From contig BCGN01000005.1 of NCBI GenBank assembly GCA_001599295.1, forward strand, positions 124,001-188,000: a DNA stretch of 64,000 bases, read 5' to 3'. The position numbers and the translations under genes are program-made. The notes below the pieces were generated by a model. That model made no database searches. It saw only the letters and a list, made by a program, of their open reading frames with translations, and was not told the origin of the DNA. Positions 1 to 11,889 of the stretch are shown here, one piece after another. This DNA is from Sporopachydermia quercuum (lineage: Eukaryota). The stretch's first letter is position 1, and the number at the start of each line of letters is the position of its first letter.

Positions 1-3000
1 TCCTAAGACATATTTCAAACAAAGCTCGAAATAATCTGCCTGCTGATTGAGTGATATAAATCATATCTGCCATCAACGCAAATCCTTCCAGTTTAAGATT
101 AGAGATGTAAGCTTGTAATAAAACGTTGATCTTTGCTTCAGGGTCATTCACACTCTCTTTAACAGGAATTGGGGCATTTTCAATTAGTTTAGCTACTTCC
201 GCTTTCTCCTCATTTCTCACAGGGATAAACCTGAACTCTTTAGATAAGGTGAAAATCCGTAAAAGCTCTATCGATGATAACGATGGCTTCAAATGTTGAT
301 TATAAATAGCAATAGAATCATGGGAAATATAATAGTAAGAAGCAATTCTCCCTAGTTCTGTTGATTGTATTCTGCCTGTGGACTCATCAAATCGGATCAA
401 CCGGTCTTTTTCTAAGAGTTTCAAAGCAGAAAATGCCAAGTCTAGGCGTCTCAGCAAGAGCTGCTTATCGTTTGAATAATCTTGACCCACGTGATAAATA
501 TCTGGTGATCTGAGCATCCGAATGTATAAGTAAGTGTATGATAGCCATTTTACAGCATCGTCAAGAGAATCAACAGTATCAAGAACAATCTCTGCATTGA
601 GATTATCAGCCAAAGATGCCATGAATTGAGATTCTATTGGTAATTGTTGGTTAAATAGTGATAAATAGTACTGGATTTCGTTGTGAGAAGTAATAATGAT
701 TCCCTGACCGCTAACATCATAACGAGGTCTTCCTGCTCTACCAAGCATCTGTAGAACGTCCTGTGGCGACAGTTCTGTCCATTGACCTTTCTCTGGAGAA
801 TAAATTTGTGTGCCTTTGATAATAACCGTATGAGCAGGCAAGTTGACGCCCCATGCCAATGTAGCTGTAGATACTAACACCTGGATGAACCCAGCAGCAA
901 ATAGATCTTCTGCCGTTTGACGATCTCTTCTAGACAATCCAGCATGGTGAACTCCAAATCCTGTTGGAAGCAGATCCTTTAAATCTTTGTTGCTTGTTTC
1001 TTCGGACTCTTCGCGTAGAACTTCTAATGAAGCAGAGTCAGATTTAAGGAATTGGTTTAACTTCTGTTCTTCTAACGCACGATCGCGAATATATTTTGCT
1101 GTTTTGACTGTTTCTTTACGAGAATGCACGAAAACGATCACCTGGTGTTTCCCTGCACATTCCAATACTTTTTCATAGCAGGCGTCGTTCATGGCCTGTA
1201 AACGTTTGATAGCCTTCTTTTCAGTAATACCAATAAACTCTTGAGCCAAAGGACAAGGTCTGAACGATGAATCAAAGAAGAATAAACCCGAACTCAGGTC
1301 GACTTTCAGAAAATTGGCAACATCAACATAATTTGGAAGAGTTGCTGACAACCCTACTAATCTCACATCTTCACCCGTTGTTTCTATTTGTCTTAATGTC
1401 CTAGCAACTATACTTTCCAAGACAGGACCTCTGATATCATGAAGCAAATGGATTTCATCAATAATCATTAACTTGACGAGATTTATATATGCAATGTTAG
1501 AGCTTTTCCTTGTGATGATGTCCCATTTTTCTGGTGTCGTGACAATCATTTGAGTGTCAGAAATCTGTTGTTTTGTCAGCTGTGAGTCTCCCGTGAGTTC
1601 TGCTACCTTTATACCAAAGACACCTAATCGTGTACTGAATTCTCGTACTTGTTCTTGAACCAAAGCTTTCAATGGTGCTACGTAAACGATTTTGAACCCA
1701 TCAACATCCAATTTGCCATTGGTAGGATTTAAATACTGAGAGATAGTTCTTAGAATAGTCAACATAGCCACGTTAGTTTTACCAGCACCAGTTGGAGCAC
1801 AGAGCAGTAAATTGCCGTCGCCGTTGAAAGCTTCAGGGAAAAGCTTACTTTGAACTCTGTTTAGAGTCTCTGTTTTAGGGAACGCTTGTTGGGCCCATGA
1901 AGGTAACTGAGCAATGGGTACTAGAGGCTCTGTTTCAGGGTTAGGGATATGAGGTTTTGGAGCCGGGACATTGATTTCTTCGTACGACTTGCGGGAGATT
2001 TTTGTTGAGCCCTTCGGAAGTTTGATGTTGGTGTTTGTTAGGAGGTGAGACCCTTGATCGAATACTAGAGAGTCCAAATCAATGATCTGCGGGGGACGAG
2101 GGTATTTAGATGCAATAGTATCAATGGTGGTAATAGAGGATTCTTTGGTAGAACTTGGGTTACCAATGGTGGTTGCAGCGGTTGAATTTGGCTCCTTTTT
2201 TGTGATAATTCTTCTGCTGGTACCAGCTTTACCATTAGCGTAATCATTAGCATTATCTAGCTGTAGTTCACTCAGCAGAGATATCATACCAGTAGTTTTC
2301 ATCTCATTTTCNATTAACACTCTTTGACTGTCATTAGTAGCCTTTGCAAGCTTTAAACACCATACAATTTTAGCCCTGTTCTTTGTTANTTTACCCGTAA
2401 TTTCTGAATGTTGATACTCAAATATATCTAGCAGTTGGTTCTGCAAATGACGTTCATCTACTGAGTCATCATCTAATAGAGCAGAGACTTTATTTGATAT
2501 CTCCTGTACCTGGTGAGCATCTGAATAATACTTAGCGATCTCTCTTTGAAGCCAGAAAGCGTCAATATCGTTGGCATTGATGAAATACTTCTGTTGGGCT
2601 TCTTTGTCTTTTCTTAATCTCTTGCGAGATGCATTATTTGATAGCGACAGATCTGAATCAGCAGGTGTACTAGTTTGAACAATCGGCTCTTCGTCAGAAG
2701 ATACTTCAGAGTCTTCAATTGACTCATCAGAACCTCCATTCTCATTTTCACTGTCCTCTTCATCATCATCGGAATCATCGTCATTGTCAGAATCCTCTTC
2801 ATCAGATGAATTGAATACAACAGCAACACCAGCATCATCAATTTCGCCTGAATTATCGCCATCAATATCCATATCATCATTTTCTCCTTTGAAAGTATAA
2901 TCGGTAATCTTTTTAACCAAATTTACTAGCTTATTGTATTCTTCATCNGGTATTTTACCTAATACATCTTCACACAGCACTTTCCTCTCATTATCAGTCA

Positions 3001-3463
3001 AAATAGTTTCATCCCTCAGAATCTCCAGCACGGCATCAGCTGCCGATAATAAGACGTCATTAGTGACATCTGAGTCAAGCTGTGATTGCACCCACGTTAA
3101 TATTAATTCATAGACTCTCTGAGTCTCGGTTGATTTAGGATAATACGTCAAACCTTCAATTAGGCCAGCGTTTTCAAGGATCGAAGTTCCAGACGATCTT
3201 GAAATTCCACCAGTAACCAAACCTGATTTGCCTTTGATTGTCGATTTCTTCGTTTTGTTGTCAATTGTCGTTTTTTCCGCTTTTGAGGGCCTTGAATGAA
3301 TAACTCTTGACCCCATATCTCTTATGGATACTTTCCCTTTCAATGATTCGGGATCACCAGCTCTTTCCCTTCTTGCCTTTGGGTCATCCAGCAGTTTTCT
3401 ATCCTGTCGGATGACCTTATTGGACATTTCCTCATATTTATATTTCCTTATATCGTCAGCCAT
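1..3463 (-). CDS. BRR2: U5 snRNP Ski2-like RNA helicase Brr2 (5' part; runs off the left edge of the window)
   Basis: ATG at 3463 gives [21 protein letters not shown], matching the Brr2 N-terminus. Downstream motifs include [16 protein letters not shown] (motif I), [10 protein letters not shown] (motif II), [30 protein letters not shown] and QMLGRAGRP. Absent from the ORF track because no stop codon falls inside the window. Confidence 0.96.
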   Translation of the reverse strand, partial: MADDIRKYKYEEMSNKVIRQDRKLLDDPKARRERAGDPESLKGKVSIRDMGSRVIHSRPSKAEKTTIDNKTKKSTIKGKSGLVTGGISRSSGTSILENAGLIEGLTYYPKSTETQRVYELILTWVQSQLDSDVTNDVLLSAADAVLEILRDETILTDNERKVLCEDVLGKIXDEEYNKLVNLVKKITDYTFKGENDDMDIDGDNSGEIDDAGVAVVFNSSDEEDSDNDDDSDDDEEDSENENGGSDESIEDSEVSSDEEPIVQTSTPADSDLSLSNNASRKRLRKDKEAQQKYFINANDIDAFWLQREIAKYYSDAHQVQEISNKVSALLDDDSVDERHLQNQLLDIFEYQHSEITGKXTKNRAKIVWCLKLAKATNDSQRVLXENEMKTTGMISLLSELQLDNANDYANGKAGTSRRIITKKEPNSTAATTIGNPSSTKESSITTIDTIASKYPRPPQIIDLDSLVFDQGSHLLTNTNIKLPKGSTKISRKSYEEINVPAPKPHIPNPETEPLVPIAQLPSWAQQAFPKTETLNRVQSKLFPEAFNGDGNLLLCAPTGAGKTNVAMLTILRTISQYLNPTNGKLDVDGFKIVYVAPLKALVQEQVREFSTRLGVFGIKVAELTGDSQLTKQQISDTQMIVTTPEKWDIITRKSSNIAYINLVKLMIIDEIHLLHDIRGPVLESIVARTLRQIETTGEDVRLVGLSATLPNYVDVANFLKVDLSSGLFFFDSSFRPCPLAQEFIGITEKKAIKRLQAMNDACYEKVLECAGKHQVIVFVHSRKETVKTAKYIRDRALEEQKLNQFLKSDSASLEVLREESEETSNKDLKDLLPTGFGVHHAGLSRRDRQTAEDLFAAGFIQVLVSTATLAWGVNLPAHTVIIKGTQIYSPEKGQWTELSPQDVLQMLGRAGRPRYDVSGQGIIITSHNEIQYYLSLFNQQLPIESQFMASLADNLNAEIVLDTVDSLDDAVKWLSYTYLYIRMLRSPDIYHVGQDYSNDKQLLLRRLDLAFSALKLLEKDRLIRFDESTGRIQSTELGRIASYYYISHDSIAIYNQHLKPSLSSIELLRIFTLSKEFRFIPVRNEEKAEVAKLIENAPIPVKESVNDPEAKINVLLQAYISNLKLEGFALMADMIYITQSAGRLFRALFEICLR

Positions 3464-5898
3464 GATGGTTGTAGGCTTATATGGGTGATCTGTACTGTTT
3501 CTATGTGTTTANATATTGCTGAAATCTGGGTATCACTCCGAAGATCTCTAGGTAGGGCTCGGTGTATTAAACAAAGACTGAATAGAAGATTATTGGTTCT
3601 GAAACCGAGTTTTCTTCAGAAAAATTCTCTTCGAGTTAGCACCTTTTCATCTACCAATTGATGGAGTGTCTGATGATCAGCTTGGTAAGCAATCCTCAGT
3701 ATATTAACTTGGTTTGATGGCGTATATAAAGCGGTCTCACAAGCACTTGGTGTAGATAGTAAATAAAAATTTATAGCTGGTGGATTTTTCAGTAATGAGA
3801 CGGGAGGATTTGTTAAGGATGGGTATTACGCTGAATAGGTGCATAGTACGTGTATAATGCGTAAAACAGAGAATCGAAAAGGGGGTAGAGGAGAGATATT
3901 GAAATCAATTAATGATTAAATAAGCAGAAAATATGTATGTGGATAGCCTTTCGGAAGAAGAAACTATTGAATTTACTGGACTTGTAGATAGCAGGTGTTA
4001 CGTTACGCCCTATCAGAATTGAGTACATTTAGAATAAAAGAAATGATGGATGAACTCGATCTATGGAAAATCGAGCAGGCGAGAAAAACAGTTCAGAGGA
4101 TCAGAGCGGAGAATGGAGCAGATGAGCATGGAGATGAAGGGCAATGTGCGGTAGAAAGACGATAAGCTCAGCCAGCTTCAGTTGAGCTTTCAAGTGTATT
4201 TGAGGTTGATCAAAAGACTAATTAACAAATCAGGGACAAATCGCGATATTTCTTACATACGACTACATTCTTCTTCTGCTTCCTTAAAGTTTGGGATGTT
4301 GCTATACTGAAATGCTTATCAACCCGGTAGAATCAATGTTGTCCATATAGGCCATCCATATAGCATATTTTGGAAAGTGAAAAGATTACATAAAAGCAAA
4401 ATTAGATNTTATCGAAAGTACTCTGGATTCTATTAAATTTAGTCATCAAAAAATCAAACACATTCATTATAATATGGAACAGTAGAAAACAGTGTATTCT
4501 CTAACATTTATTTACTTTCAATGACCTTCTGCTGCTAATAATGTCTGTTGTACTTGGCTACCATGATATAAGCAATGCTCCGTAAACAGGTGATTAATTG
4601 AGTTTGNGTATGCACAATGGTTAATCCTAAACCCTGATGCATTCTTCTTACATGAACCTTGCATATTGAGTTGCTACTTTACTATGGGATTTATTATCAT
4701 TGGTAGCCTTTTGAGGCAAAAATGTGTACAGGCGTATGTAGGAATAATGCATAAAATAACCATCCGTATACAATCTTATACACGGCTAACGAAGCAAGGC
4801 GAAAGCAAATGCGATGGATAAAAGCCAAGGAAGGTATCAAGGATAAATGAAAGAAAGGATTGATGGAAATGGAGGTTAAATCACGTTCTTGGTTAAGATA
4901 TAGGAGAGAAATAGCGGTAGGTACTTGAGGAGTGACTGATGTTGAGAAAATAGTGTTATCAGATAGATTTCTTCAAAGAATGAATGAATACTGGGGTAAA
5001 CACTATCGGATCTCCAGTGAACCTTGATACATCATTAGATCGATGTTTAGCTGTTATGAACTTTCTATGTAGAGTCTAGGCAATCAATAGTACATCATCT
5101 CTCATACCAGAATTCTTTATAATATTCAAAATTCAAGTCTTTATAAACGAATTTCTCTTAACATGTTTATTTTCTCTCCGAGTCAGGTCCGATTCCGATT
5201 TCTAACCATCAATCAAAATGTTTCCTCCGCCCGTATCTAACAATCCGCACTGTCAAACCTATAATCGTACCACCAATTCCTATGAAGCTTCCCAACCTAC
5301 AACCTCACTCGAAACATAAAACCTTTCATTTTATTCCCCTAAACACACGTCTTCCCCTTATATATTGATTCCCATTCTCTTACGATAGCTTTANGCACTC
5401 ATTTATGTCTGTGAGCCTTTCCCTTCAGTGTTATTTATCCGTACAACTAAGTTTCGATCTCGGGAAATCCCCCGTTTTCAATNTATACGTAACAACAAAT
5501 AATCTGTCTGCCATCGTTCGGGTGAATCCTCCTTTCTTTCCTTTCGATGCATTCATACATACAGACAATCAACAACGAGANTAAATGTATGAAGAGAAAT
5601 AATAGAGCCAGAAGAGCGAACCTTGACAATTCAATTGTTTTTAGTGTGTAACTCACAATTGTTAAAAGAAACTTGGAAGTTACTGGTCTCTGTGGAATAA
5701 TTGATTGGTTGACTAATTGACTGACTGATTGTTTATCCTCATTGTTGATATAGTACAATAGAATTTCTAGACGACCTGCGTGTAGAATCTGATTTATATC
5801 AATTGTGTTACAACAAAGGATAAAAGTACTATTGTTATTTGATAATAGAGATTTCTAAACTGTCGACTAAATAATTGCAACGAGCTATTTGATACACA

Positions 5899-7258
5899 AT
5901 GTTGAGAAATTTATTCAGACCCATTGCTGTGCAAAGAGGTATTCCTCAAGCTGCTGTCAGAGGCATGGCCACTGGAAAGTCTGATGTAAGTTAAGATTAG
6001 ATGAACTTTTGCTGTTTGAGATGAAGTACTTTGAAATTAAGTAATTGGTAATTTTTACGATAGATTGATTGTTATTGGGAATTTTAGTTTAATTCTAAAC
6101 AATAATTATTAGGTCCTTTACAATATTATCAATATTATGCTGTCAACTCTCTAACTAACATTATAGATTGTATCAATTTCATTGAATCCTAACTCCTTTG
6201 AAGGATATGAATTGGAAGATACCCCAGAGCTGGATTTTGAAATGGAGAGGTCTGAATTGTTGGAAATGTACAAGCAAATGAATATTGTTCGCAGAATGGA
6301 GATGGCAGCAGATGCGTTATATAAAGCTAAGCTTATTAGAGGTTTCTGCCATTTATCAGTTGGCCAAGAAGCTGTTGCTGTTGGGATGGAACACGCTATT
6401 TCCTCTTCTGATACTATTATTACTTCGTACAGATGTCACGGTTTTGCATACTTGAGAGGAGCTACTGTTGCTGAAGTTTTGGGAGAATTGTTAGGTCGAA
6501 GAAAAGGTGTTTCATACGGTAAAGGTGGCTCTATGCATATGTTTGCTCCTGGTTTCTACGGAGGAAATGGTATTGTTGGTGCCCAAGTTCCTCTAGGAAC
6601 TGGATTGTCCTTTGCTCATAAGTATAAGAATGAAGAGGCTTGTACTTTTACCTTATATGGTGATGGTGCTTCCAATCAAGGTCAAGTGTTTGAAAGTTAC
6701 AACATGGCCAAATTATGGAATTTACCATGTATTTTTGCTTGTGAAAACAATAAGTATGGTATGGGTACTGCAGCATCTAGATCATCTGCTTTAACTGAAT
6801 ACTATAAGAGAGGTCAATACATCCCAGGTCTCAAGATCAATGGTATGGATATTTTGGCTTGTTACCAAGGTTCCAAGTTTGCGAAGGACTGGTGTGCATC
6901 AGGTAAGGGACCATTAGTTATTGAATACGAGACATACAGATATGGTGGACATTCCATGTCTGATCCTGGTACCACTTACAGAACCAGAGCCGAAATTCAA
7001 CACATGAGATCTAGAAATGATCCTATTGCAGGTTTAAAGCATTATTTACTTGATCTTAATGTTGCTACTGAAGAAGAATTGACCAAAACTGAAAAGGAAG
7101 CTCGTGCCTTTGTTGATAAGGAAAGCAAGGAAGCCCAAAGTATGCCTCCACCAGAAGCCAAGATGGATATCTTGTTCGAAGACGTTTATGTTCCTGGTTC
7201 TGAAATCCCTGTTCTTAGAGGAAGAATCTCTGATGATTCATGGTACTTCAACAAATAG
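5899..7258 (+). CDS. PDA1: Pyruvate dehydrogenase E1 alpha subunit; exons 5899-5985 and 6167-7258
   Basis: Exon 1 encodes a mitochondrial-presequence-like MLRNLFRPIAVQRGIPQAAVRGMATGKSD. The intron 5986-6166 (GTAAGT...AACTAAC...TAG) is phase 0 and in frame with the 6182 ORF. Motifs IRGFCHL, GKGGSMH, YGDGASNQGQ and TYRYGGHSMSDPG are present. Confidence 0.97.
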
Positions 7259-9675
7259 ACAGTTGCTTATTGATTGATTTACAATATGACTTCTTACAAT
7301 AAAGTCCATGTAAACGACTACCAAATCTTTTGTAGTTAAAATATATCTAATAGCTAGTCTTGATATATCCTTAGTACGATTCCTAGTTATTTAATGTAGG
7401 CTCTGATGGATTTATTGTTGGCGCTCTGTTTCCTTGTTAAACTTAGTGTATTGTAAAGAGTTCCGTTTAATACCATTATTATTTCCGTACTATTCTCCTG
7501 GGCAAGCTTAATAAACATCAAACCTTATCAAGAGATTCTACACTTGTTTATTTCATCTTATCATATAAACGAAACTCCTAACACATTCACTGGTGTTTTC
7601 TGATAAACGAACAACATCACCTAAAGTAATTCCGGCCTGTTTTCTTGTTAAAAACTCTTTGTTTATTCGATCTGATTTTACACCATTTATCTCATATCCC
7701 AGCACAATCTGTCATATCATCCTATTCCCACATCTTCCGTTTTGCAACTTAGCATGCTGGCTTTTAGTCAAACCTTAAACCTTATTCAAATAGCCTAAAA
7801 TGCCAGCTCCTCACTTAATGTTATCCCGATTTCTAACATAGGAAGAATAGAGTGACTAGTGTATGCAGTAGGTATATAGAGTAAATTCTTGGGAAATGAA
7901 TCGGCAGATGAGTATAATGGAAAAGAATTGTTGTTTCTTGAGGTCAGAAGCTTAAATTTATTCGGTTTCAGTAGTATTAGTATTAGTATTAGTCTATTTA
8001 GTTTGCCGAAAAGTACTGAGAGGTTCAGTAAGAGGAGTGAAAGAGTATAAAGGGTAATTTAGGACCGTACCTAATGGCATGAATTTCCAGACTGACTCTG
8101 AGCTATAGGAAGAAGATATCCCTCCTGTCTGTTTACAAGACTTCTCATTGGAGTCAATTCCTGTATATCTTCTTCAAATGGCNGTCAANTGCTTGTCTTT
8201 ACATCCAGTTAAATCGTCTAATCTTTCAAGCACTGTTTTTCATTGAAGCCTATTACTGTTGGATTGCCTTTTTTGATAACAAGCTCTTAACTATGCATGA
8301 GCATGCATACGGAAGATCACATAGTTTTTCCGCTGAGGTTCATTTNACTTGACGTCCTGTCCTTGTGGTGATTTTTGGGTTTATTATGAGCGACAGTAGA
8401 TGAACGAATAGTGATTTGAAACAACTTTTTTTTTTTGAATGAACTATTGTTAAATGGAGTATCTTGATCTTATGTTTTACAAGAGGTTTCTTGAGATTCC
8501 ACTGTATAATGTCTGTTCTCAGGAATAATCCAATTGTAGGTGAGTGAAGGAAATTAAGGTTTGGGCTCGGTTGCTTGTATAAGGAACAATTATGAGGTCT
8601 TTTATAGTAATGAAATATTGTTTGCAGAAAACATGTAGTGCAATAGCTGAACCTCTTAGATCAGAAACGGGCACTCATAGTGAATATTTTAGTGCAAGTA
8701 AGGAAGACCAATCACCGTAATTAAGCTGTAAAGACTATTTATATTAGTATTGGAGCCATCACACAAAGGCATTTCNAGTAGAGATGATACTTAGCTGTGT
8801 GCTATGCATGAGATATGCACTGTTACCTTGTTTAGCTCTTGACAGTAGATTTGAGTAGATTTTGAGCCATCGTTCCTTAAATTTATTGCCCTGAGGGAAT
8901 CAATAATAAATTCTTATGGTAGATTCAGTATATGTAAATATATACTCTTCATAAACGTAGATAGTTCAACCTTTGCTTATGATATTAAAAAGAAAAATGA
9001 TGACAATTAATTCTAGAATAATCTGTTCAAGCGAAGACGCTCTTCAATATGTTGCATGATTTTATATCATTGTTTCAGTCCATGGCACATGGAATAAGAA
9101 ACTCCCTAAGCTTCAAGCCGTTGATAATGAATTCCGAGAATACTTTCTCGTATACTGATATATTATCTCGTTATCTCCATTAGGATTTATTTGAACCAGG
9201 AAACAATGCAAGGCCTATATAAAATAATATACAAGATCTGTTCTATCTCAGGTGTGTAGTCATTGGCTGAGCAATGGCTTGTCTGGCTAAACCCAAAATC
9301 CAACAGAATGTCTACCAAATCAAACTGCATTTTTTCTTTCCTCATTATACATTGATTGCTTGAACAACTGGCCTTCGTAATAATCTGTAGTTCTGTAGTC
9401 CTCCTATCTCTTGTATTTTCGATCATGGTGAAAAATAGTGACAATTGGGAAGATAGAAGATTGGGTGACGATGGTGGTGCATGTATGGTTAAAGCAGGGA
9501 CTGGATTATAAGAATCTGCTCTATTGAAGTGCAAACTAGTATAATAAAACATTAAACATTAAGAGAAAGGAATAAAAAGGAAGAGATTATAAGTTATACA
9601 GCTATATAGCAAATCTGAAGTTGATTGGACTGCTTGAATGAACGGAGGAAACGGAAATAAGAAAAGGAGTAAGAA

Positions 9676-11889
9676 TTATGATGATTTCTTGGAAATGTTC
9701 AGTTTGACGTAATTTGGTTCATGTTCATGATAATGCTCAAATTCGTCCAACTCAGGACCAAGTACTAGCTTCCCATGGTCTTGGTAGTATTTGAATTTAT
9801 TTCTGTAGAGCTCGATTTCACGTTTCAAGAGTTTGATGTATTCGATTGCTTTCTCCACCGTACTAGCTTTACTGGGTATCCCATTGCCAGCACCAGCAAC
9901 AGCTTGTTCTGGTAACAATTTATTCAAGTCATTTAACGCCGTATTCATCCTGTTTCTTCGTCCTTGTTCTGCGAGTTTATGACTTGTTCGTTTAGACGAT
10001 ATATCTGAAGATGACGTGACAGTGTAATTACCAGGATTCATTGATTGGCCATGCATGTGCATATATTGCTGAGACATCATCATTTTATAATCTTCCATAT
10101 GAGGTATTGTCATCATAGGCGGAGGTCTCATTACGCCTGGATGAGCCAAAGGTATTGGAATTCCCTGTGGTGGGAGATCTCTTGTTTGATATAACGGTAT
10201 TTGAGAGACTTGTGGTACATTTTCTGGCTTGGGATTTGGCGCTGATTGTGAGTGAACAGGATGCTGGTTAACTTGCAGAGAGTTGCTTTCAGGAGAAAGC
10301 GAACTATTTTCACTTCTCTGTCCGAAATTCATCAAAGTTGATGGCGTAGCAAACGCTACAGGCGTTTGAGAAGAATCTCGACCTGCTTTATCATTTTCGA
10401 CAGATACCAAAGATGGTCCCATAGCTGAATCTGATAGAGAAAATGAAGAATCCGTTTTGTTCTCATCATCTTTTGAAATCTTTTGATTAATTCTCTGTTG
10501 GTCGTCGTTACTTGGATTTAATGATGGTGAGTATTTGTTTTTAGGAGTCTGTCTTGCCCTTATTACAGGACTTTGTTTAGTAATTCTTGATGATACAGTT
10601 CTTTTTTTAACTGGCTTTTTGGCCGTAGCTTGAGTTTTCATTCCTTGGTTTGTTCTCGAGACTTCACTCTGAGAAGGTGAACTTTCATCATTGGAACTGC
10701 CAATGGATTTTCCTGCACCAGAAACTATAGAAGTAGTTAGGTCAGATGGTGGTGAAACTTGATAGACTGTAGTGACACCTTGAAGTGCTGGTGATGTCAA
10801 AGGTGAGAAGTAAGAATTATTTTGTTGAGCATTTCGTTTCTGCTGATAATTATTTGAACTACCGTCTGTCTTTTCAACAACTGGCATAGCATCTAAAGGT
10901 GTAACAGATGGAGAGACTAATGGAGTGAAAACCAAATCGGTCCTTATGGAAGAAGGCGCGTTCATATTAGTCATTGTTTCATTTGGTGGGTTAATCATTT
11001 CCAGCATTGGTGATTTGAAAGTCATTCCAGGGTTTCTTGATCTCAATTCCAGACTTTGGGGTGTTGGTGGAACAGATTTTGAGAATTGCCTGTATATCTG
11101 TTCACTCTCATTTGGACTAATCAGATTAATAGTAGATCTATGAAGTGGATGCTTTGCTTTGAGATTTGAATTTCTGCTGTGATTCGACTCAAAATAGTTT
11201 CTATCTGAAGGACTAGTATTTGCAACAGCAGAGGAAGTGTCTTCATGTTCATTAGCAGTAAGTTCATTAATTGGATTATCACCTAAGCTGGTATCGACGG
11301 ACTCTGGTAGATGTTCTTCATCAAATGGGGCATTTTGATCGCTTTGCTCCTGGCTAGATAAGCCCAATGATACATAGAATTCATCATTTTCCTGATGAAC
11401 TTTTTGATTCTCCATTGGCATATACGAAGAAATAGGCCCTAAATAATCAGAATTTCCGTAACAATTGGCATCTTCATTTCCGTTATTTGGATTGAAAGAT
11501 TCCATAGTGATATCGAACGATTGATTGATATTATGAATATTCTCTTTGAACATATTCATGGAGGCATCAAATCTATGAGGACCTTGCGGTTCATTGTTCT
11601 CATGGAATTGCTCTTCGAAATCTGACACATTGTTCATTGATTTTTCATTGATTGCATCTTGAGGGGATGTACGTGTTTGTGCATCTTCATGAAATGTAGC
11701 TATTGGTTGATCAAAGTTTCCTTCATTATTAGTATTGGAATTTATATGAGGAGTTGCAAAATTGTTACTAGTCAATTGACTTCCATCTTCAGGTGTGTTG
11801 ACTTGAAAAAAACAGGAATAGTCTACTTCATCAGAAGTGTGATTTGAAGAATGCTGAATATGTGATATTTGTTCCCAATCTTGACTCAT
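9676..11889 (-). CDS. PHO4: bHLH transcription factor of the Pho4/NUC-1 phosphate-response family
   Basis: C-terminal bHLH SKRTSHKLAEQGRRNRMNTAL...SKASTVEKAIEYIKLL, with Pho4/NUC-1-type SP/TP phosphosite boxes (FTPLVSPSVTP, YFSPLTSPAL, ATPSTLM). Confidence 0.88.
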   Translation of the reverse strand: MSQDWEQISHIQHSSNHTSDEVDYSCFFQVNTPEDGSQLTSNNFATPHINSNTNNEGNFDQPIATFHEDAQTRTSPQDAINEKSMNNVSDFEEQFHENNEPQGPHRFDASMNMFKENIHNINQSFDITMESFNPNNGNEDANCYGNSDYLGPISSYMPMENQKVHQENDEFYVSLGLSSQEQSDQNAPFDEEHLPESVDTSLGDNPINELTANEHEDTSSAVANTSPSDRNYFESNHSRNSNLKAKHPLHRSTINLISPNESEQIYRQFSKSVPPTPQSLELRSRNPGMTFKSPMLEMINPPNETMTNMNAPSSIRTDLVFTPLVSPSVTPLDAMPVVEKTDGSSNNYQQKRNAQQNNSYFSPLTSPALQGVTTVYQVSPPSDLTTSIVSGAGKSIGSSNDESSPSQSEVSRTNQGMKTQATAKKPVKKRTVSSRITKQSPVIRARQTPKNKYSPSLNPSNDDQQRINQKISKDDENKTDSSFSLSDSAMGPSLVSVENDKAGRDSSQTPVAFATPSTLMNFGQRSENSSLSPESNSLQVNQHPVHSQSAPNPKPENVPQVSQIPLYQTRDLPPQGIPIPLAHPGVMRPPPMMTIPHMEDYKMMMSQQYMHMHGQSMNPGNYTVTSSSDISSKRTSHKLAEQGRRNRMNTALNDLNKLLPEQAVAGAGNGIPSKASTVEKAIEYIKLLKREIELYRNKFKYYQDHGKLVLGPELDEFEHYHEHEPNYVKLNISKKSS

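Noticed and set aside
987..2880. Short ORFs listed inside BRR2, and similar antisense or off-frame ORFs inside other genes
   Set aside because: Fully overlapped by well-supported conserved CDSs.
5447..5758. 103-aa minus-strand ORF in the PDA1 upstream region
   Set aside because: Non-ATG start, low-complexity promoter sequence and no homology recognised.
9187..9552. 121-aa minus-strand ORF downstream of PHO4
   Set aside because: No recognisable domain or coding-like composition; probably a chance ORF in the 3' region.
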